Below, one piece after another: positions 52,524 through 62,605 of a DNA stretch of 64,000 nt. This DNA is from Utricularia gibba (taxonomy: Eukaryota > Plantae > Magnoliophyta). The number at the start of each line of letters is the position of its first letter. The stretch's first letter is position 1. The notes under the pieces are model-generated. The model was not told the origin of the DNA. It made no database searches and worked only from the letters and a program-made list of their open reading frames with translations. The translations under genes were made by a program, and so were the position numbers. The stretch lies in NCBI GenBank assembly GCA_002189035.1, contig NEEC01000025.1, forward strand, positions 310,001 to 374,000. The letters are read 5' to 3'.

Positions 52524-55035
52524 ATGACGGAGCATCTTGCAGTTCCGTGCGTTGTCAAGATTCAAGTTAGTGGAAATCTCCTAGTACAGACCCAAAACAC
52601 AAGGTGAACGAGCTTGTGTGATTCATTCATGCATTTCTAGCTTGTGGAGATTATCAAATATTTTTCACTTGCATGCCAAGTCGGAATCTTTGTTATTTTT
52701 ATGATACCACTCTTGCTTTTGGCATTTATAGGTTTTTTTAGACATTTTATTGATTCATTTTCTAAAAGAAGAGAGTTTTCTTTTGACGCCAACCTGACAT
52801 AGTGATTCTTTTTTCTCATCTGCGAGCGTTCTTTAGGAGGTTCTGTCAGAGGAGTAGTAACGATGCCTCATTGTTTTCTAGACCACCCAAGCTTATGCTT
52901 TCTCAACGAAAAATAGTACATGGAAGTCCAAGATGGAACACTCGTATGGGTTACCCTTCCTTCAGTGCCATAGCAGATGCTGGTGGTCCAATAGCTTCTG
53001 AATGGATTCCTTCTTTGGATCAACTCCTTCTCGTAGCTAGTGCAACACTAACATATATGGCTGGTGTGATCCCATTTCAGAAGCCATCTTCTTATTATCA
53101 AGTTAGGAAGCCAATAGATGACGTGATCACTGAGAGCCCCTCCTCCTCGGGTAGGTAAGGAAGGTTAGTAAGGTGAATTCTCCTCAGTCTTTGAAAACTG
53201 TTGCCAGCTTCTGATGATTCTTCTTGCTTTGGGTAATTTTCCCTCAGAAATAAAATCGAGCAATATTAACCTGCTGTATACGTGGGATATTGTGAAGAGA
53301 AAGTTGCTGGATTCTTTAACTGCAATTGATGCTGGTATGGTTCTGAGTGAAACTATGGGCGGCTTAGAAGGGAGTCACATGAGACAACCTTCAAACTTGT
53401 CAGGAATTGCTGAAGGCCCCAGAATAAGATTACTATGGTCATCATTTCAGCAGTTTAACAAAGAGGCACGGCCTTTCATTATGAATGATTTGGTGCCCGT
53501 ATTTTCACTATATTTCTATCGATGGAGAAAGCATTTTTTGATTCATCATCATGAACTAGATCTGCAGCTTTTCATTTCTTTTTTATTCTTACAAAATATA
53601 TTCGCTATGACCAATGCTGTTTCAGCTTTTCTTCCTTCACTTATTATTAAGTGTTTTCAATGTTTTTCAGGTGGGGAATATCTCCAGTGAAGCTGGTGAA
53701 AAGTTTGATGATGATTTTCGGAGTATCTTTGCTGCTGTTGTCCAAAATTGCTGCCAGCCTCTGTGGATAGCTTGGCTTGAGAAAGAGCTTATTCACGCCC
53801 CAACTGCATCTGACAAGGCATGTTTTATACACTAAATACATCTTCTTAAAGTTTACAGTGGATGAAGAAATACAGCAGTTCTTACTATAAATCATTTTTT
53901 GTTCCATTTTTTCAGGATTTTATTTCCATGGCTGGCAGTAAGATTAATGGGTATGAAAGAGTCATTCAGTGCATCAAAATGTCCGGTAAAGAGGACCTAT
54001 ATGCAGAACTGGTGCATGTCCTTAAATTTGGTGGATTGAGGTAACGTACACTACCTTTTTATGTGTTTCATGGTTTACTCTAGCCTGAATAGCCATTGTG
54101 CATTAGCAGGGAAGGAAGCTACTATAATTCTAACTTGTTTATCCAGCACGGAGTGGAAATATTGGAAGATTTTCTCATTATGTTAGCAGATGGCATTGCA
54201 AGCATGTATTTAGAGCTTATATCAGTGGACTGTAGCTTGCCCGTTGATAGTGGCATCCTGGGCTTGAGCTTGTGCACCTTGTCCACCAGAGCACTTCAGA
54301 AATTGCGCAATGAGTTATGACTTCACCTTTTATATTATTGTAGTTTCTCTTCCAAAGCACATGCTGCTCTCCTAGGACTTACATTATCATATATTTATTA
54401 TTTCTTCAAATGATAAAAAGTTCTTCTTTGTTAACAGGTAGCAGTGCACCAATGGATGCACCAGAACATGGAGGCCGTGGTATCCATGTTTGAAGATCAG
54501 TTTGACCTTTGGATATTTGAGACCCAGCCATTTGACGACTGCAATAGAACCAAGATAAAGAATCCTGGTTGGTGGGGGTTCAAAACCAAAAAATCGCCAT
54601 CTATGACATTCCATGGCGTCATCATAAAAAACCTCTCCATTCGTGTGAGGAGGACCAAAGAATTGAAGGCCTTGACAGGGTGGTAAGTTTTGTCTCATAT
54701 CTTCTTTCTCCCCATGTTCTAGAATGCTATGTAATACTTAGGAATACAGAAAAAAGTAGACGACTATATAACATGTATTGACAGATCTGCTTTAGGCATT
54801 GCACTGAATCAAATGCTGCAAGTATTCAAAACAAACTGAAGTTTCCGGTTTGGATTTTCATTGCAGGAGATACTACTTCAGCCTGTTGCTGGAACTCAGC
54901 GACGTAGCCATGCCGTTTGTAAGAAGTGGCATCTCCCAAGCGAGGGATGCCGTTTCATTTTTCCTGGTCTCTCTGGTTGGAAGGTCGTTGGGTCTCATCT
55001 TTTCAGGCATCAGGAACGCTCTGCGGCTCAAGTAA
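52524..55035 (+). CDS. Conserved plant protein of unknown function (At5g48830-like)
   Basis: Exons give SEWIPSLDQLLLVASATLTYMAGVIP, GPRIRLLWSSFQ, ILEDFLIMLADGIASMYLELISVD, LSTRALQKLRNE|VAVHQWMHQNMEAVVSMFEDQFDL, and SFFLVSLVGRSLGLIFSGIRNALRLK*. The family call is from recalled motifs. The model needs two GC donors and one missing G at 54314. Confidence 0.78.
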
Positions 55036-55200
55036 CCTTTGAATGCACTGCTGCGCCTTTGTGTGCTGTGAGCGCCTACCCATTCATTTCCCATGATTTA
55101 CCATCTTGGGCTACCCCAAGAGGACGACTCTGGTTTGGGCTCCTTGAATCTTATAGATGTCATGATAATCAGATACTTCTGCTGCTCGGTGTTAACTGTT

Positions 55201-55219
55201 GGGCCCTATCAAACCCTAA
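55201..55219. promoter_or_regulatory. Site II + telo-box upstream of ASHH3
   Basis: TGGGCC immediately followed by AAACCCTAA (55211-55219). Confidence 0.45.
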
Positions 55220-55908
55220 TTATTTTAAATTGAGGATTTAATTAAATTTATTTTTTAAAAAAAGAAAAAGTGAACTATGACCTAAATATAATTCAATCAT
55301 AATTGAATAATGATTTATAGAATTTAATTTTTACGTGGATTTTAGATATTTGTATTTTCAAGTGTAATTACAGCTGCCATGCCATGTCATCCCCCAATTC
55401 AATTATTAGTTTCATTTTTGGCAGTTTTTGTTTGTGTGCTGCTGGTGTCCAAAGCAGTTATTTGGACCTCCCTTTTTATGGTTGCGGTTTGAAAATTGCC
55501 TTGCCTCTCAACTTCTGCACTTCGCCTCAGTCATATGCTCTGGTTCTACCCAACTGCAGACCTCGCGGCCATCGGAGTATCACGACGCCGCCTGGGGGCT
55601 CCGCTTTCCGGTAGCGGAGTTCGTTTTGGGTCCCATTTTAATTTCCCAACGTTCCGGGTAAAGGCGGGATTTTTTTCGAGTTTCTTTCGTTTCGTGGTTT
55701 CAGTCGAAGTGAACTCCACGCGTTTCTAGATCTGAACCTCTTTGGCATTGCGGATTGGTATGGGGCACTTCTCAAGTTTTCCCATGCTTGTTTTTTCTTT
55801 TTTTTTTCTGGATCCCCGATTCTGTTTTCCATTTTCCCATCCCATTCGTATCTTTTGTTGTTTGTTGTAGGAAGAATTGGATTCTCTTTGTATTTGCGTA
55901 TCAAGGCT

Positions 55909-58024
55909 ATGCCTGCGATGAAGAAGGTAACGTTTCTCTAAAGACTTGTTGATGTATTAGTGTGAGAATTTTGGGGCTCGTTGCTGATGTCTCAACTGTT
56001 ATAACCAGAAGTCTGACACTGGGATTCAGCAAGTGTTCAATAAACTGTTGATGGAGATAAAAGGCAAAGTTGATTTCGTTCTTCCAGAATCAATAAATAA
56101 TGGGAAATCTACTTCCTACACCTTCATCAGGCGTAGTATCCTTTATTCTCGGACGTACTGATTGAATCCGAGGTTTTAGAATTTAGATGTTTCTCTCATT
56201 CCAGAGTACGTATTTGGGAGTATGACTACTATTTCTTGGTGATTCATTAACGAACTCCAGATGTGTACCTCACCAAGAAGATAAAAAGGCGTTCCAGTGA
56301 CGACGGTATATTTTGTTCTTGCACTTCAAATGAATCATCTGCTGTCTGTGGTAGATATTGCCATTGCAGGTGTGGATTTCTCGACCTCATGTGCCATGTG
56401 GAACCCTCTTTCTTTCTTTTTGTTGCGTTAAGTTTCTATCAGGGTCGCTGTGTAAGTTATTTCTGGAGTTTTTTTGTTTCAACAGCATGCTTAGGTCTAG
56501 CTGCTCGTCTAGTTGTCAGTGTGGAAGTTCGTGTTTAAATAAGCCTTTTCACCTGAGGCCAATGAAGAAGATGAAAATTGTGCAGGTAATCTGTCATGCT
56601 CATTTTCAGTGTGAGTTTCGGAAATGTAATAACATAGGCTTCTGGCTTGTTGGCCTGGTTTTGTTTTTGGAGTTATGCAAGTTGGATAAGTTTCAATTAC
56701 ATGTTTCAGACAGAGACTTGTGGAATGGGTGTTGTGGCAGAAGAAGACATCAGTAAAGGAGATTTTGTAGTCGAGTATGTTGGAGAAGGTAAGACTCCAT
56801 CATAACATTGTGGGGATTCGCTTATGAGAGCTACACAAACACATTTTTGCCCTGTCTTGCAGTTATTGACGATAAAACTTGTGAAGAAAGATTATGGAAA
56901 TTGAAACACCGTGGGGAAACAAACTTTTATCTTTGTGAGATCAATCGAGACATGGTGATTGATGCTACTTATAAGGGAAACAAGTCAAGATACATCAACC
57001 ATAGTTGCTGCCCTAATACTGAGATGCAGAAATGGTTTGGTGCCTTCTTTTTTTCATGATCATTCTCAGAAAACTACACAGATTTTTTGTTTGTTTGAAA
57101 AAAATGATTTGTTTCAGGATGATTGATGGTGAAACAAGAATCGGCATATTTGCAACCTGTGATATTAAAAGAGGAGATCATCTAACTTATGATTATCAGT
57201 AGGGATATGATGAGAAGCTTCTTCTAGTGTGTATCCATTTCCTCTTTTATTTAACATAAGTCTCAGGTTTGTGCAGTTTGGTGCTGATCAAGATTGTCAC
57301 TGTGGTGCGTTGGGTTGCCGCAAGAAACTTGGGGTGAAACCGGGGAGAGCAAAATTAGCTTCACTAGATGCGGCATCAGATCTTGTTGATTTTCAAGTGG
57401 CTGGAAACTCTCCAAAAGTGAGTGTCACATGCGCCTTTAAATACCTTCCACTGTTGATCATAGGAGATTCGAGGCGCTGTCATTAGACCTTGAAACTTTT
57501 TTCCCTTATGATACCTGCTGATTACCATACATTTTCCCTCTTTTGCAGTGTTCTACCGATGCAGTGCATACTGGAGGTGGGCTCCTTAGCTATATTTATG
57601 TAATCATATCTGCGTTGAGAAGAGCTTATCCTTGAACTTTTGACTTCAGGAGATCGAAGTTGCCATCCAAAAACAAGACGTCATAACTGCATTGGCTCAG
57701 TAATCAGAATTGCTGGTTTCTCCAACAACAGGTATGGGTTTTATTCCGTGTAATGTTTGGATTCCAAAAACACATGGGCATTAAGTTGTTTGCTCGTATC
57801 CTCTCTTCTTTATCAGGTCGTTTGGGATCATAAGACACTTCAATAGCTCGAGAGGAGAGCATATGGTACCACTCTTCTTTTATGCTATGATAGCACATTG
57901 CTCCCTACTGATTTACGAAAACTTCTTCATAGTGTATCATTTCTTATGGCAGGTAATGTTTGAAGATGGAAGTTCCGAATTTATCAACTTGTCGAAACAA
58001 GAATGGGATTTTTGCAGCTACTAG
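55909..58024 (+). CDS. ASHH3: Histone-lysine N-methyltransferase ASHH3/SDG7-like (AWS-SET-postSET)
   Basis: MPAMKK, YTFIRR|NVYLTKK, DDGIFCSC, CLNKPF, FVVEYVGE|VIDDK, DMVIDATYKGNKSRYINHSCCPNTEMQKW, and QDCHCGA.GCRKKLG. Ends EWDFCSY*. Confidence 0.93.
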
Positions 58025-58492
58025 CCTCTGAAATTGTAATTAGATATGCTACTAATCTGCTCTTCATTTTGGGATCTCTGGGAGTAGAACTGTGAGATTC
58101 AGAAGAAAACTGCTGCTGCATCTCTCTGTGATTGAAGATTCTGTTGTAGGATAAGGAAGCCTTCTGTTGTTGTAACAGTACCGCAGTTGTTCCTAGGAAG
58201 ACAATAGTTTTAGGTGTTAGTTCGATTCATGCTCCTTGTATCCATGAATAATCCATGATTTGGTTGTGTTTGACAGATGTACACTGCTACGGCAATTAAG
58301 AGAAAACAAACACTTTGCACCATAAGAAAATGACTTTTATTCTCTTTATTTGGCTGAATTTGCATGATTTTAGCCTTTAAATTCGGCATGCAGGTTTCAT
58401 GTACGAGCATCATCTCCTCCCTTCCTCTCCCTGAAAATGAATTTGTTGGTGCTTCATCTGTTAGGCAGAAATGGACATCTTCCCTGTTGAAT

Positions 58493-60240
58493 ATGAGCAG
58501 CAAAGATGGGGGCACCATGCACCTCAGAAGGGCTCTCTTCTCCCCGACTCAACGGTCTAAGCTCTCTTTCATCTTCAATTATGCCTTCCCCTTATTCATC
58601 TTCTGCAGCTTGTTTTTCTTCCTTTTCTTTATCATGAGCAGCAATCCCCTGCCTGGCTCAAGAGTGTCCTTGAAAGAAAAGGGCAGTTCCTTTCCTATTT
58701 TCCACATTATTTCTTTGATCCGAATGCCAGCAGATCCGATCACGCAAAAACACAGGACTCCTATAATTCTGCATCAGCACCTTTTGATGGTTTGAGAAAT
58801 GAGACGCTGCAAGGGTCTGGTAGCGCTCCTGGTCTCGAAGCTTCCTCTCGAAATGGCACGGGGATGGAGAAGCCTACTTCTAGGCCGGGAAGAGGCAGGA
58901 AGAAGCGAGGTAACAAGAGGAAGAAGAGGACAAAACCAAAGAAAAGTTGGTTGGAGCTCATGGGCAAGTGTGACCTTTTTGATGGTAAATGGGTACCAGA
59001 TGCTACACCCTCTCTGTACGATACCGGGTCATGCCCTCACATTGATGAATCCTTTTCTTGCAAAAAGAATGGAAGACCCGATGATGACTATACAAAGTTC
59101 AGGTGGCAGCCGAACCATTGCACTGTCCCAAAGTGAGTAAATCCTCAACTCTTGTGAAGCTTATATCAGAGGTTTTAATCAGACAGTTTTATGGCAGATT
59201 GGACATGGGGAAAATGCTGAAGCTTCTCAAGGGGAAGAGGATAGTTTACATTGGCGATTCTTTGAACAGGAACATGTGGGACTCCATGGTCTGCATGCTG
59301 ATAAACTCAGTCAAGAACAAGAGCAGAGTCTTCGAGGCCTCCGGCCAGACCAAGTTCAAGACGGAGACAGCACTGTCCTTCATATTTCAGGCATCTATCC
59401 CTCTGATCATGATGATACTTCTCTTCCTGTGACCTTAAAGCTTTGCTGTACAGGACTATGATTTCTCGGTGGAGTACATACGGTCCTCTTTCCTTGTACA
59501 AGAATGGGAAACAACTCAAGAGAACGGCACCCAGAAGGAAACACTCAGGCTTGACATTGTTGACAAACGGTATGCCGGACTTGGAGATGCTGATGTGCTG
59601 GTTTTCAACACAGGAAACTGGTGGACACATGAGAAAACATCCGAAGGGTAATCCCCTTTCTTCAATTTTCTGGCAATGTTTCATTCCCCAGATCGTGTTG
59701 CCTTGATCATTCAGGAAAGACTACTACCAAGAAGGTGATCATGTCTACGAACAGCTTGATGTAGTTGAAGCATTTGACAAAGCTATGGCTACTTGGGCCA
59801 AATGGATGGAAATGCATGTTAACCCCATGAAGACTGATGTCTTCTTCAGAGGTTACTCCTTCGCTCATTTCAGCAAAGGAGAGTGGAACACAGGCGGAAG
59901 GTGCGACAGCAAAGAGCCCATCGTGGATGAGAACGAGCTGATCCGACGAAGCGAGCTGAGTCCGCCGGTGCCTCAGATGATAGACGGCTTGATGAGGCGT
60001 CTCCGGATGCCGGTTTTCTATCAGAACGTCACCAGAATGACCAACTACAGATGTGATGCGCACCCTTCCTCCTTCAGGAAGCCCAACATGACAGAGGACG
60101 AGAGACGCTTCTTCGAAACGCATCAGGACTGCAGCCATTGGTGCCTTCCTGGCGTGCCGGATACCTGGAACGAGCTCCTCTTCGCAGAGCTCTTGCTGAG
60201 CCGGAAACGAAAGCTGTTGATGCAGCAGCACCGCACCTGA
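58493..60240 (+). CDS. Trichome birefringence-like (TBL/PMR5, DUF231) O-acetyltransferase with an apparent 1-bp frameshift in exon 1
   Basis: N-terminal TM, CDLFDGKWV, CPHIDESFSC..NGRPD, WRWQP-like motif, catalytic GDS (YIGDSLNRNMW), and DCSHWCLPGVPDTWNELL (DxxH). The frame changes near 58691-58693. Confidence 0.88.
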
Positions 60241-60325
60241 GCTTGCTCCAAGTTTGGTCTGCTTGTTGTCACGCAGAGATGAAGTGGAGTACAGTTCCAA
60301 TCCTGCGCTTCCCCTTTTTGCTGTA

Positions 60326-60400
60326 AATGGTAGATTTAAACAGATCCCCAAAAAAATGAAAAAAAAAGGATATATTCAAATTTCGAATGGTAGATTTAAA
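60326..60400. repeat. Perfect 15-bp direct repeat AATGGTAGATTTAAA, 60 nt apart
   Basis: Copies at 60326-60340 and 60386-60400 flank a 45-nt A-rich segment. Confidence 0.8.
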
Positions 60401-60459
60401 AATAATAAACTGATATCTGTTTAGTTCTTTATATTATATTGCATAGGCAGCCTAAAGAG

Positions 60460-61832
60460 ATGAGAAATTCATCGGCGACAATGGCGGAAAGAGGCGGAGA
60501 TCGGCTGAAGATTTTCATGTATCCATGGTTCGCGATGGGCCACATCATTCCCTACTTCATCACCGCCAAGAAATTCGCCGTCAGGGGTCACACTGTGTTC
60601 CTCACGGTCCCACCCAAGGCCGAATCCAAACTCCGGTCAACGAACATCCATGATGGCGCCGGAAACGTTCATCTCCTGCCCATGAAGCTTCCTCGCGTCG
60701 ACGGCTTGCCTCCGGAAGTGGAGACGACGAATGATGTCAGCTTCAGGGAGGCGTATCTGATAGTTCGGGCTATAGATCGAACTGCGCCGGAGATTCAATC
60801 GCTGCTCAGCGAATTGAATCCCGATGCCGTTGTATTCGATTCCTTTATGCATTGGTTGCCGATAGTGGCTCGCCAGATGCAGATCAAATCCGTGAATTTC
60901 TCCGTGGCAAGTCCGGTGGCGATGGGGTTTTTGTTTTCTGAGTCCACTGCGGTGGAGGATCTCATGAGTCCCCGTTGGGCCATCCGGCGGATTTCAAGTT
61001 AGATAAACAATCTGCTATTCATTTGCAGAATTTTCTCACGGAGGAGCACGGCGACGGAATGAGTCTAGGGCAGAGAGCTTTGCTTACGTCCAAGGAAAGC
61101 GACGCCGTTTTGTTCAAAACCTGCGAATATTTGGAAGGAAAATACTGCAAATTTCTCGAGAAGCTGAAAAAGCCGGTTCTTCTCACCGGTCCAATCCTCG
61201 ATGAACCCGAAGCTTCAGATCTCGACGAGAAATGGAAGAATTGGTTGGACAAATTCAAACCCAAATCCCTAATCTACTGCGCCTTCGGAAGCGAAGCGGT
61301 TCTAACGAAGGATGATTTCCAGTCGCTTCTCCTGGGACTCGAGTCAACCAATCTCCCATTCCTAGTCGCCCTCCGGCCGCCGCAGGGATTCGAGTGCATC
61401 GAAGACGCTTTACCAGAGGGATTCACAGCAAGGGTCGGCGAGAGAGGAGCCGTACACGGCGGCTGGGTTCCACAGATTCACATCCTGGCTCACGTATCCG
61501 TAGGTTGCTTCATTACTCATTGCGGGTATGGGTCATTGTGGGAGGCACTGATGATCGGCGGCGGTTACCGGATAGTAGCACTGCCGCATGCAGCCGATCA
61601 ATATGTGAATGCAAAAATTCTGAGCGAGGATCTTAGGGTTGCGGTGGAGATCGAGAAGGCGGAGGACGGGAAGTTGGCCAAGGAGGCGGTGGTGCGCGCC
61701 CTCACGGCAGTGATGGTTGACGGAAATCCGGAGGTAGATCAGAATCTGGAATCCCTTAGGAAGCAGCTGATGCATCTGAAAGACGCCTGTTTTGATCATT
61801 TTCTGGATAACCTCGGAACCCTTCTGAAGTAG
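60460..61832 (+). CDS. UDP-glycosyltransferase, UGT79-like (sugar-sugar/anthocyanin 2''-O-GT clade), intronless, apparent 1-bp frameshift
   Basis: MYPWFAMGHIIPY (catalytic His), VDGLPPEVETT, D..VFD, KTCEYLEGKY, LIYCAFGSE, and PSPG box WVPQ..IL.H.SVGCFITHCG.GS.WE...DQ. Two ORFs (60439-61002 and 60975-61832) join if one C is added at 60970-60973. Confidence 0.85.
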
Positions 61833-62516
61833 ATTTGGTCGGCGTTGCGCAAGAATTCACCCCCTTTTCCTTTGCCTGTCCTAATAAAATAAGCAAAACT
61901 GTGTTGTGTGTCGGAATTCAGACAACTTCTCTGTAACCCTAATATCAAATGAACTGGAAATGGAGTTCCTATCCTACCCCATGCAACGGAAAGATCATTT
62001 AAAACAAAAAACCGTCAAAATATCAGTTGGAGTTGAGACGACGATGATCAAATCAGGTTGTAATTAGCAACTAATCGCAATTACCATGTCGGTGCGAAGC
62101 AAAAGCAAAAGGGCCTCAGCGGCAACCTTAGTGGGCCGCCATCAGTACAGCAACCTTCCGGTCCAGAGACAAATGCCGTTAGGTCCGGCCCGAATTATTA
62201 GGATATATATCTCACTCACCTTAAAAGCCCGTGGACAGAAAAACGAAACCGACAGTTGAATATACAGTAATAATATAGTTTAATTAATGACTTATTTGAA
62301 TCATTTTTATTTAAATAAATACCATTTATATGCATATAATTGAAAATATATTTTATAGATGAATCTTACAGATATGTGTTTAATAAATGTGTTTAGAATA
62401 TATAAAAATGTTATTAATATGTTCCAACATTATATGTTGCACCTATTGCTCATAGCTGAGTAGACGGTCCTAGGCGTGGCCTGGGCTAGACCCATTTGCC
62501 GCTTACCTATTTGGTC

Positions 62517-62605
62517 ATGAACCCCGAGTCAACCGGAATATCAAACTGGTCCCAGACAAGGGGTTCCTTGTCTGGTGACTCGGACCTGGACCCGACCCGG
62601 GTTCA
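62517..62605. repeat. Nested inverted repeats / branched hairpin
   Basis: CCAGACAAGG-GTT-CCTTGTCTGG (10-bp stem) nested in CGAGTCA/TGACTCG and ATGAACCC/GGGTTCAT. Confidence 0.7.

Noticed and set aside
59707-60351. 214-aa minus-strand ORF
   Set aside because: Antisense shadow of the last TBL exon.
39199-61832. Biosynthetic or cell-wall gene cluster (GRP, pectate lyase, UGT80A2, TBL, UGT79)
   Set aside because: There is no scaffold-forming enzyme, the substrates are unrelated, housekeeping genes are interspersed, and much of the order appears to be ancestral synteny.
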